A DNA stretch of 63,553 nt from contig JBDHQH010000006.1 of assembly GCA_039806935.1 (NCBI GenBank), forward strand, positions 1 through 63,553, in the 5' to 3' direction. Within the stretch, counting starts at the first letter, position 1, and the number at the start of each line of letters is the position of its first letter. This document shows, piece by piece, positions 53,654 to 61,977 of this stretch. The notes beneath the pieces are model-generated. The model was not told the origin of the DNA, did not search any database, and saw nothing but the letters and a program-made list of their open reading frames with translations. The DNA comes from Verrucomicrobiota bacterium (GTDB lineage Bacteria > Verrucomicrobiota > Verrucomicrobiia > Limisphaerales > UBA8199). The translations under genes were made by a program, and so were the position numbers.

Positions 53654-54895
53654 ATGAGTTCTAAATTAGCATTACTGGGAGGGGAAAAGACCCGCACGCG
53701 TCCGTTCTCCACCTGGCCGATCTTCGGTTCTGAGGAGGAGAAACGTCTCCTGTCCGCCTTGCGCAGCGGCAAATGGGGAAAACTGCACGGCCCCGAGGTC
53801 GCCGAATTCGAGCGTCGGTTCGCCGCCATGCATGGCGCCCGGCATGGCATTGGCGTCGTCAACGGCACGGTCTCCCTGCGCCTGGCCCTCATGGCGGCGG
53901 GCATCGAGGCCGAAGCCGAGGTGATCGTCCCGCCCTATACCTTTCTGGCCACCGCCACCGCGGTCGTCGAGGCCAACGCCATCCCGGTCTTCGCGGATAT
54001 CGAATTGGACACCTTCAACCTCGACCCCCGGGCGGTCGAGGCAGCCATCACACCGCGCACCCGGGCGATTATTCCCGTCCACATCGCTGGCCAGCCGGCC
54101 AACATGGACGCCCTCCTGGAGATCGCCCGGCGTCATCAACTGATTGTGATCGAGGACGCCGCCCATGCGCACGCTGCGCAATATCAGGGCCGGCCGGTGG
54201 GTTCGCTCGGGCATCTTGGCTCCTTTTCCTTTCAATCCAGCAAGAATCTCACCTCCGGCGAGGGTGGGATCATCACCACCTCGGACGATGCGCTGGCCGA
54301 GGCCTGCCAGTCCGTCCACAACTGCGGTCGCCGCTCGGGCGGGTTATGGTACGAGCACTACGTCATTTCCGGCAACTACCGTCTGGGCGAGTTCCAGGGG
54401 GCGGTGCTCAACGCGCAGTTGGACCGGTTGGAGGCGCAGACCATGGCGCGCGACCGCAACGGCTCGGCCCTGGCGAAGCGCTTGAGCGCGATTCCGGGCG
54501 TTTACCCGCAGCGACGCACCGCCGAGTGCTCGCGCCACAGCTATCATTTGTTCCTCCTGCGTCTCGACGCGGCGCGGTTTGGCGCGCCCCGCGAGGCCGT
54601 GCTGCGGGCGCTCCACGCGGAAGGCATCCCCATTTGCGCCGGTTACGCCGTGCCGCTCTACCGGCAGCCGCTGTTTCTCAATAAAGCCTTTGGTCCATAT
54701 CTCCATCACGCCTCCGCGGCGCTGGATTACGGAAAAGTCCAATGCCCGAACTGCGAGAAAATCTGCGCCGAACAAGGCGCCTGGATGGAGCAAAGCTTGT
54801 TTTTGGGGCCGCCCGAGGACATGGAGGACATCGCCCGGGCGTTCGAAAAGGTGTACGAAGGGCGCGCCGCGCTGGGCGCGGTGGTTGCAGGGTAA
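53654..54895 (+). CDS. DegT/DnrJ/EryC1/StrS family PLP aminotransferase
   Basis: NGTVSL, VPPYTFLATA, IIPVH, IEDAAHAH, SFSFQSSKNLTSGEGG, GNYRL. Confidence 0.92.
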   Translation: MSSKLALLGGEKTRTRPFSTWPIFGSEEEKRLLSALRSGKWGKLHGPEVAEFERRFAAMHGARHGIGVVNGTVSLRLALMAAGIEAEAEVIVPPYTFLATATAVVEANAIPVFADIELDTFNLDPRAVEAAITPRTRAIIPVHIAGQPANMDALLEIARRHQLIVIEDAAHAHAAQYQGRPVGSLGHLGSFSFQSSKNLTSGEGGIITTSDDALAEACQSVHNCGRRSGGLWYEHYVISGNYRLGEFQGAVLNAQLDRLEAQTMARDRNGSALAKRLSAIPGVYPQRRTAECSRHSYHLFLLRLDAARFGAPREAVLRALHAEGIPICAGYAVPLYRQPLFLNKAFGPYLHHASAALDYGKVQCPNCEKICAEQGAWMEQSLFLGPPEDMEDIARAFEKVYEGRAALGAVVAG

Positions 54896-54922
54896 CACCC
54901 CGCCCCCGGTCATCCGCCCGTC

Positions 54923-54947
54923 AACTGGCGAAGGCAATTTACCAGTT
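54923..54947. promoter_or_regulatory. Putative operator, copy 1 (AACTGG-N13-CCAGTT) upstream of nanA
   Basis: AACTGGCGAAGGCAATTTACCAGTT; followed by TTGCCC-17 nt-TAGCGT (54956-54984). Confidence 0.7.
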
Positions 54948-54995
54948 CGGTTGGATTGCCCGCCCCCCGAGGGAGTCGTAGCGTGCTTCACGACG

Positions 54996-55970
54996 ATGAA
55001 ACCAAACGATTTTGGCGGCAACGGTGAAAATGGCATTCGAGGACTGGTCGCCGCTCCCTTCACGGCTTTTCAGCCAAATGGGGAGTTGAACCTCGATTTG
55101 ATCAAGCCTCAAGCCCGCTGGCTCGCGAGCAACCGCGTCAGCGGGGCATTCATCTGCGGCACCACCGGTGAGGGATTCTCACTCTCTACGGAGGAGCGCA
55201 TGCGGGTGGCCGAGCGGTGGGTGGAGGCGGCCCCCGCGGATTTGAGCGTGATCGTGCATGTGGCGCACAACAGCCTGGCCGAAAGCCAGAGGCTGGCGGC
55301 GCATGCGCAGGAACTCGGAGCCAGGGCGATCGCTTGCGTCGGCCCAACTTTTTTTAAACCGTCCAGCGTGGCGGAGTTAGTTGATTTCTGCGCCCCGGTG
55401 GCCGCCGCGGCCGCCACCCTGCCCTTCTATTACTATCACATGCCGGCCATGACGGGGGTTCAGGTGCCGATGCTCGATTTTTTGCGGGCCGGCGCCAGAC
55501 GCATTCCGAACCTGGCCGGCATCAAATTCACCGACGAAAACTTGATGAGCTATGCCCAGTGCCTGAATTTTGAGGATGGCCGGTTCAATCTTCTTTTCGG
55601 CCGCGACGAAATCCTTCTGGCGGCGTTAGCCTTGGGGGCGAAGGGCGCCGTGGGCAGCACGTACAATTACATGGCGGCCATTTATCATCGGTTGATCGAC
55701 GCTTTCCAGGCCGGAGATCTTTCCAACGCGCGCCGCTGGCAGATGCTGGCCATCCAAATCATCGCGATCATGGCGCGCCACGGGGGGTTGCCCGCGGGCA
55801 AGGCCATGATGAAAATCATCGGCCTGGACTGTGGCCCGGTTCGCCCTCCGTTAAGAATACTAACGACCGCGGAATTTGACAGTCTGCGACAAGATCTTGA
55901 CCGGGGAGGATTTCCCAACCAAGTGCCCGCCAGTCCCCGACCGGTGGGCGAAGCCAGCGTGGCAGGTTGA
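54996..55970 (+). CDS. nanA: N-acetylneuraminate lyase (DHDPS family)
   Basis: GTTGEG, VIVHV, FYYYHMP, GIKFT (Schiff-base Lys), FGRDE, GAVGSTYN; sialidase context; start moved to ATG 54996. Confidence 0.85.
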   Translation: MKPNDFGGNGENGIRGLVAAPFTAFQPNGELNLDLIKPQARWLASNRVSGAFICGTTGEGFSLSTEERMRVAERWVEAAPADLSVIVHVAHNSLAESQRLAAHAQELGARAIACVGPTFFKPSSVAELVDFCAPVAAAAATLPFYYYHMPAMTGVQVPMLDFLRAGARRIPNLAGIKFTDENLMSYAQCLNFEDGRFNLLFGRDEILLAALALGAKGAVGSTYNYMAAIYHRLIDAFQAGDLSNARRWQMLAIQIIAIMARHGGLPAGKAMMKIIGLDCGPVRPPLRILTTAEFDSLRQDLDRGGFPNQVPASPRPVGEASVAG

Positions 55971-57067
55971 TGAAAATCGGACCGCCAGGGAATTTTGCCC
56001 GCCCGGCTTTCCCCCGAAGCCTCGCCGCGAGACTCAGCCTTTTCTTTCTGATGAGCATGTTGACGGCATTGACGGCAGATCAACTTCAATTCTCCAAACT
56101 GGCCAGCCTTCCGGATCCGGAAGGCTTCGCCGGCGCTTTCGCCGGCGTGGCGAAAGACCGCCTGATCGTCGCCGGGGGAGCCAATTTCCCGGAAAAGAAG
56201 CCTTGGGAGGGTGGCGCCAAGGTGTGGCACGATGGCGTCTTCAGCCTCGACGACCCCCAGGCGCAATGGAAGCGGATAGGCAAGTTGCCTCGTGCCCTAG
56301 GCTATGGCATCGCCGTGACCACCCGTGAGGGTATCGTGTGTGTGGGCGGCAGTGATGCCGAGCGGCATCACCGAGAAGTCTTCCTGCTCGAAATGCGCGA
56401 CGGACAGCTTGAATTTAAGGATTTGCCCGCTCTGCCGATCCCCGTGGCAAATGGCGCCGGTGCTTTGCTTGAGGGGACCATTCTGGTTTTTGGCGGGTCG
56501 GATCAGCCTGGAGAGACATCGGCGCTGAATCGGTTATTTGCCTATGATTTGAAAGCCGCCGCTTCTGAATGGCGAGAACTGGAAGCCTGCCCGGGGCCGG
56601 GAAGGTTTCTTCCCGCAGCGGCCGTGGTGAACGGAGTTTTTTACGTCATGGGAGGAGCGGGTCTCGAGGCAAAGAACGGGCAAGCCATTCGCGCCTATCT
56701 GCATGATGCCTGGAGTTACCGTCCCGGCGAGGGCTGGCGGCGCTGCGCCGATCTGCCCAGGCCGGTCGTGGCGGCGCCCAGTCCCGCGCCGGTAAACAAC
56801 GGCCAGATCTACCTCATCGGAGGGGATGATGGGGCGCGGAAAGATTTCCAGCCGGTGTCCCGGCATCCCGGTTTCGCCAAATCAATCCTCCAGTACAACG
56901 CGAAGGCGGATGCCTGGTCCAGCGCGGGTGAGACACCGGCCCCGCGGGCGGTCCTGCCGGCAGTGCTCTGGCGCGGACGCTGGATCATGCCCAACGGAGA
57001 AGCCAGGCCCGGCGTCCGCTCGCCCGAGGTGTGGTCGTTCTCGCCGGCGGGCCGCCCCGCATCTTGA
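55967..57067 (+). CDS. nanM: Kelch-repeat protein, probable N-acetylneuraminate mutarotase
   Basis: GFAGAFAG...IVAGGANFP, repeated GG kelch blades, C-terminal GEARPGVRSP; start uncertain. Confidence 0.75.
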   Translation: MMKIGPPGNFARPAFPRSLAARLSLFFLMSMLTALTADQLQFSKLASLPDPEGFAGAFAGVAKDRLIVAGGANFPEKKPWEGGAKVWHDGVFSLDDPQAQWKRIGKLPRALGYGIAVTTREGIVCVGGSDAERHHREVFLLEMRDGQLEFKDLPALPIPVANGAGALLEGTILVFGGSDQPGETSALNRLFAYDLKAAASEWRELEACPGPGRFLPAAAVVNGVFYVMGGAGLEAKNGQAIRAYLHDAWSYRPGEGWRRCADLPRPVVAAPSPAPVNNGQIYLIGGDDGARKDFQPVSRHPGFAKSILQYNAKADAWSSAGETPAPRAVLPAVLWRGRWIMPNGEARPGVRSPEVWSFSPAGRPAS

Positions 57068-57079
57068 AAAGCTCGGTTT

Positions 57080-58258
57080 ATGTCGTTCGTGAAAACCCCT
57101 CCCCTCTATCACCCGGCGCGAACCGGGCTAATCGCGGTCTGGTGCCTGCTCGCCGCCGCGGCCGATGCGGCAACCCCTGCTCCGCCCCCGTCCCAGACGT
57201 TGTTCGCGCGAGGACAGGAGGGCTATCACACCTGCCGGATCCCCGCTCTGGCGGTCACTACCAACGGCACTGTGCTGGCCTTCGCAGAGGGGCGAAAACA
57301 CTCCGGGGGCGACGCCGGGAAAATTGACCTTCTGGTGAGGCGCTCCGTTGATAACGGGGAGACCTGGGGCAAAGTTCAAGTGGTTTGGGCAGATGAAGAA
57401 AACACCTGCGGCAATCCTGCCCCGGTGGTGGACCGGCAAACCGGCGCCGTATGGCTCCTCAGCACCTGGAACCGCGGCGAGGATCACGAAAGAAAAATCA
57501 TTGACCGAACCAGCCGGGATACGCGCCGTATCTTTGTTGCCAGCTCGAGCGACGACGGAATTACCTGGACCCAGCCGCGCGAGATTACCCCCGAGGTGAA
57601 ACTTGCCAACTGGACATGGTACGCCACCGGCCCGGGCGGCGGCATCCAAATGACGCGCGGTCCGCGTTCGGGCCGCCTGGTGATCCCCTGCGACCACATC
57701 GAGGCGGACACTAAACATTACTATTCGCACGTCATTTATTCAGACGATCACGGTCAAAACTGGAAGCTCGGCGGTTCCACCCCCCGCAGTCAGGTAAATG
57801 AGTGCGAGATTGTGGAATTAGCCGGGGGCCGACTCATGCTGAACATGCGAAACTACGATCGAACCCATCACCGACGCCAGGTAGCCATTAGCGACGATGG
57901 CGGATTGACCTGGGCGGATCAGCGCTTTGACGAGGCGCTCATTGAGCCCATCTGTCAGGCGGCGATCCGGCGATGGCGCTGGCCCGCTCAGGATCAAACC
58001 GGGGTGATTGCCTTCAGTAACCCCGCCAGCCAACATGCGCGTACCAACCTGACGCTGCGGGCCAGCTTTGACGACGGGCGCACGTGGCCGGCGGCTCGAG
58101 TATTGCATCCGGGCCCCAGCGCTTACTCAGATCTGGCGGTTCTGGCTGACGGCAGGATTGCGTGTTTGTTTGAGGCCGGCGCGACAAATTCGTACGAGAC
58201 AATTCGTCTGGTTCGTCTGCCTCTCGAAGCTCTGGCCCCCGATCACGCTTCGCGATAG
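57080..58258 (+). CDS. Exo-alpha-sialidase (GH33), secreted
   Basis: CRIP (FRIP-like), five Asp boxes ([40 protein letters not shown]), GPGGG, NEC, NMR, SAYS. Confidence 0.92.
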   Translation: MSFVKTPPLYHPARTGLIAVWCLLAAAADAATPAPPPSQTLFARGQEGYHTCRIPALAVTTNGTVLAFAEGRKHSGGDAGKIDLLVRRSVDNGETWGKVQVVWADEENTCGNPAPVVDRQTGAVWLLSTWNRGEDHERKIIDRTSRDTRRIFVASSSDDGITWTQPREITPEVKLANWTWYATGPGGGIQMTRGPRSGRLVIPCDHIEADTKHYYSHVIYSDDHGQNWKLGGSTPRSQVNECEIVELAGGRLMLNMRNYDRTHHRRQVAISDDGGLTWADQRFDEALIEPICQAAIRRWRWPAQDQTGVIAFSNPASQHARTNLTLRASFDDGRTWPAARVLHPGPSAYSDLAVLADGRIACLFEAGATNSYETIRLVRLPLEALAPDHASR

Positions 58259-58263
58259 GCCGT

Positions 58264-59553
58264 ATGCAGCCTCACGCCTCCAACGCCAACCGCGAGCCAC
58301 CACTCCCGGCGTTCGAGGCGGGCACTCATCGGGGGGGTAGCTGGCAACCCTGGCTTGTCGTCGCTTTGCTTTGGCCGGTAGCCTGCTTGAATTATCTCGA
58401 CCGACTGATGATCACCACAATGCGTGATTCCATCAAAGCCGGCATTGAGATGACGGACGCACAATTTGGGCTGCTTACCTCGGCGTTTCTATGGGTGTAT
58501 GCGTTTCTGAGTCCGTTTGGCGGCTACCTGGCGGATCGTTTCAGCCGGACTCGGGTGATCATCGGCAGTCTTTTTGTCTGGTCGGCCGTCACCTGGCTGA
58601 CCGGGCACGCCAGCAACTTTCATCAGCTCCTGCTCGCCCGCTCGCTCATGGGCGTCAGCGAGGCTTGCTATATTCCGGCGGCGCTAGCCTTGATCGCGGA
58701 TTACCACCGGGGGCCCACTCGCTCGCTGGCCACGGGTCTGCACATGAGCGGCCTTTACGCCGGCGCCGCTCTCGGTGGCTTGGGCGGTGTCGTAGCCGAG
58801 CATCTGCGATGGCAAAGCGCCTTCTACGCCTTTGGCGCCATCGGCATCGCTTACAGTGCGATGTTGTTCTTGGCCCTGCGCGACGCACCCCAGCCCAAGC
58901 CGGAAATCTCCGGCTCCCGGCAAGCGGGAGGAGTGACGCTGCGTTCCGCGCTCGATTTCTTGCGTCGGCAAGAATCGTTTTGGGCGCTGGGCGCATTTTT
59001 TGGTTTCATGTCGATCGCGAATTGGGCGATCTACGGCTGGCTGCCCACCTACCTGGGACAGCAGTTCAAACTGGGCCAGGGCGCCGCCGGCATGTCGGCC
59101 ACCGCCTACATCCAGATCGCGTCCTTTGCCGGCGTACTGGTCGGAGGCGCCTGGGCGGACCGCTGGGCGCGGAAGCAGCCGCGCGGCCGGATTTTCGTGC
59201 CGGTGATCGGGTTTTGCGCCGCCGGTCCCGCCTTGTTCATGTCGGCCTCCACCGGGGCTCTCGTGGTGGCCATTGCCGGCCTGCTGATTTTCGGGTTGGC
59301 CCGGGGTTTCGCGGACGCCAATAACATGCCGATTTTGTGCCAAATCACACCCGGACGCTATCGCGCCACCGGCTACGGAGTGCTGAACTTCGTGGCCTGC
59401 GTTTTGGGGGGACTGATGACCTACGCTGGTGGCGCGCTGCTGGATGCGCGCGTGGGACTGGAAAAGGTATTTCAGTTTTGCGCCGCCGGCCTGGTTCTGG
59501 GCGGGCTGCTGCTGCTTCTGGTCAAGCCCCGGCCCGACCTGGAGCAAAGTTAA
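58264..59553 (+). CDS. MFS transporter, probable sialic acid transporter (NanT-like)
   Basis: LNYLDR, GGYLADRFSR, multiple TM helices, GGAWADRW; last gene of nan operon. Confidence 0.85.
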   Translation: MQPHASNANREPPLPAFEAGTHRGGSWQPWLVVALLWPVACLNYLDRLMITTMRDSIKAGIEMTDAQFGLLTSAFLWVYAFLSPFGGYLADRFSRTRVIIGSLFVWSAVTWLTGHASNFHQLLLARSLMGVSEACYIPAALALIADYHRGPTRSLATGLHMSGLYAGAALGGLGGVVAEHLRWQSAFYAFGAIGIAYSAMLFLALRDAPQPKPEISGSRQAGGVTLRSALDFLRRQESFWALGAFFGFMSIANWAIYGWLPTYLGQQFKLGQGAAGMSATAYIQIASFAGVLVGGAWADRWARKQPRGRIFVPVIGFCAAGPALFMSASTGALVVAIAGLLIFGLARGFADANNMPILCQITPGRYRATGYGVLNFVACVLGGLMTYAGGALLDARVGLEKVFQFCAAGLVLGGLLLLLVKPRPDLEQS

Positions 59554-59570
59554 ATTATTTCCCCGGCGCC

Positions 59571-60647
59571 TCAGCCAAAGGTTCGGCCCGGAATAAACCG
59601 CGGCATTAACAAACGCTGACGGACCGGCGGGTTTCCGCCAGAGGTAAGCTCCATCACGACCCGTGACAGCTTTTGGGCGAACGCCTCCGGATCCACCAGG
59701 TAACGGGCCACCGAGGGCACCACGTCCGCCAGAAACGAATCGTGATCGCGGGATATCAGGGCGGCGGTTTTGGGAAAGTGAAATCCACGTTGGACCAGGT
59801 AGCCCAAGGCCGTCAGCGCATGGCGGGCTTGGGCGACCAGAAACGCCGTCGGCCGCCGCTTTTCCCGGGCCAGCAACCGAGCGAGGGTCCCGCAGATCCC
59901 CTCCACGGTTCCATCGTGGTGAACCACCAACGTCTCCATTCCCACTCCGGCTCGGGCGCCACCCAGATGGAATCCTTCCTCGCCTTTAAGATCGCCAGCC
60001 GCAGCGACCCGCGGCGTGAGCAACGCCACACAGCGATGTCCCTTGGCGGCAAATTGACCGACCGCGTGCTGGCAGGCGGCGGCATGATCGCGATCCACCG
60101 AGGGTAGCCGGACGCCCTCATACGGCGAGCCCGCCAGAACCGCCGGCAGACGCCGGGCCACAAACCACTCCTGCATCGCGCGAGTCGAGAGCACCAGCAC
60201 CCAGGCTGCCGGTTGAACCTGGGCGACCAATTCCTCCAGCCGACGTTGCGGGCGCGCCAGATACAAACCCGGGCGGCAGAGAACTTCGAGTTGATGCTGC
60301 TCCTTGGCCAACGCCTGCCGGAGTTCGTCGATCCAGAATAGCAACCGGGGTTCAACCGCGGTCAGGGCCACCGGCAACACCAAACCCACCGCGCGCAGAG
60401 TCGGGCTGGCGCCCCCGCGTTCGACCCGCTCGCCGACTACGCGACCGCTGCATGGCCGGTTGCGCAATAAACCCTCCGCTTCCAGCAACGCCAGCGCGGA
60501 GCTGAGGGTGGGCCGGCTGATCCCCAATTGCCGCGCCAACTCCCGTTCTCCCGCCACTTTGTGGCCAGCCGGACGCGTGGAAAAATGGCGGCGCAGGATT
60601 TCGGCGGTTTGGGCGACGAGCGTCACCCGCCTCGGCAGATCAATCAT
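59571..60647 (-). CDS. Transcriptional regulator: GntR-type wHTH plus LacI-type ligand-binding domain
   Basis: GERELARQLGISRPTLSSALALLEAEG; LPSVDRDH, KGHR, PTAFL, ALISRD; start ATG 60647 (called ORF extends antisense to the prepilin gene). Confidence 0.85.
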   Translation of the reverse strand: MIDLPRRVTLVAQTAEILRRHFSTRPAGHKVAGERELARQLGISRPTLSSALALLEAEGLLRNRPCSGRVVGERVERGGASPTLRAVGLVLPVALTAVEPRLLFWIDELRQALAKEQHQLEVLCRPGLYLARPQRRLEELVAQVQPAAWVLVLSTRAMQEWFVARRLPAVLAGSPYEGVRLPSVDRDHAAACQHAVGQFAAKGHRCVALLTPRVAAAGDLKGEEGFHLGGARAGVGMETLVVHHDGTVEGICGTLARLLAREKRRPTAFLVAQARHALTALGYLVQRGFHFPKTAALISRDHDSFLADVVPSVARYLVDPEAFAQKLSRVVMELTSGGNPPVRQRLLMPRFIPGRTFG

Positions 60648-60688
60648 TGGCCGCAGCCTGCCCCGGAACGGCGCTCGGCGCAAGCAAT

Positions 60689-60713
60689 AACTGGCTATCT
60701 GTTTTGGCCAGTA
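60689..60713. promoter_or_regulatory. Putative operator, copy 2 (AACTGG-N13-CCAGTA) between regulator and prepilin gene
   Basis: AACTGGCTATCTGTTTTGGCCAGTA; followed by TCGCAA-16 nt-TAAATT (60722-60749). Confidence 0.7.
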
Positions 60714-60755
60714 TAAAACCGTCGCAACCGCGGGCTGCTCCGCTAAATTAGCCGC

Positions 60756-61598
60756 GTGAGCAACACGCTGTTTGGTTCCGTCAAAGCCGTCCCGCGGGAT
60801 CCCGGGCAGCCGAGGCGTTCCCCCGACCGAAACTTTTTTCCCCGCCACCGCCGGCCCGGATTTACCCTGATTGAGTTGCTCGTGGTGATCGCCATCATCG
60901 CGATTCTGGCCGCCATGCTCCTCCCCGCCCTGAGCAAGGCGAAAACCAAAGCCAGCGGAATCTCCTGCCTGAACAACCTGCGGCAAATGCAATTGGGGTG
61001 CGCGCTCTACGCGGACGACAATGCCGATCGCTGGGTCCCGAGCCTGGCCATCGCGGATCCGCGGCTGACCTGGGCCGCGGGGGATCTGCGCAACGCGATG
61101 GACGCGACGAATCTCCTCTTCACGACGGGCGCGCTGCTCGGCCAATACGTCAAATCCGCGGACGTTTTCCGCTGCCCGGCCGACACGGCGCGGGTCAACG
61201 GCCGGCCCCGAGTGCGGAGCCAATCCATGAACATTTTCTTCGGCGGCCGGGGCGACGGCGCCCCCGCCTCGTCGCGCGTGAACACCGCCACCCATTACTT
61301 TTTCAGCAAGACCGCCTCCGTCCTGCGGCCGGCCGGGCTTTGGGTGCTGTGGGATGAGAACCCGGCCACGATCGACGATTGTTACGGGGTGGTGGACGTC
61401 AGCCCGGCATACAAGGCCAGCCGAGTTCTGGTGAACACGCCAGCCAGCTACCACAATCGCGCTGGCGGCTTGTCGTTTGCCGACGGCCATGCGGAAATCA
61501 AACGCTGGGTTGGCCCCGGCGTATTTGAGGGGAGCTATAACGCCGATGGCGGCAAAGACTACGACTGGCTGGCCGAAAGGACGACCTATGAGAAATAA
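60756..61598 (+). CDS. Prepilin-type N-terminal cleavage/methylation protein with H-X9-DG domain (DUF1559-like)
   Basis: G|[52 protein letters not shown]. Confidence 0.92.
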   Translation: MSNTLFGSVKAVPRDPGQPRRSPDRNFFPRHRRPGFTLIELLVVIAIIAILAAMLLPALSKAKTKASGISCLNNLRQMQLGCALYADDNADRWVPSLAIADPRLTWAAGDLRNAMDATNLLFTTGALLGQYVKSADVFRCPADTARVNGRPRVRSQSMNIFFGGRGDGAPASSRVNTATHYFFSKTASVLRPAGLWVLWDENPATIDDCYGVVDVSPAYKASRVLVNTPASYHNRAGGLSFADGHAEIKRWVGPGVFEGSYNADGGKDYDWLAERTTYEK

Positions 61599-61926
61599 GC
61601 GGGCACTGCTGTGCGCGGCCCTGATAGCCGCCGGGTTGGCCGTTGGATGCGGCAAAAAGAAGACCGGCGCCCTCTCGCCGGAGTTGGAACTCCAACCGAC
61701 GGCGTCGGCAGACGCGCTCAACCAACCGGTCGCAGTCCAGGAAGCCCCGTATCAGACGCGGGATCTGCAACTTTCCGTGGATGCTTACCAGAAAATCTAC
61801 CATCGCCAGCCCGCCAGCCTGGAGCAAATGGTTCAGGAAGGCTTTCTCGCCTCCTTGCCGCCGGCGCCTCCGGGCAAGCGCTTCGTCCTGGATTCCGCCA
61901 CTGGGCGGGTCCGGCTTGAGCCTTGA
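61588..61926 (+). CDS. Small lipoprotein with pseudopilin G-like C-terminal fold
   Basis: Lipobox LAVG-C; [40 protein letters not shown]; overlaps prepilin stop. Confidence 0.7.
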   Translation: MRNKRALLCAALIAAGLAVGCGKKKTGALSPELELQPTASADALNQPVAVQEAPYQTRDLQLSVDAYQKIYHRQPASLEQMVQEGFLASLPPAPPGKRFVLDSATGRVRLEP

Positions 61927-61977
61927 CATTTCCGAGACCAATTCTGCACGGCACCAACAAACGAAACCCCCAAGCCT

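Noticed and set aside
54579-54995. Extended N-terminus of nanA
   Set aside because: Overlaps the DegT gene out of frame and spans the operator/promoter region
60648-61721. N-terminal extension making a 716-aa regulator
   Set aside because: Antisense to the prepilin and lipoprotein genes; the HTH begins right after ATG 60647
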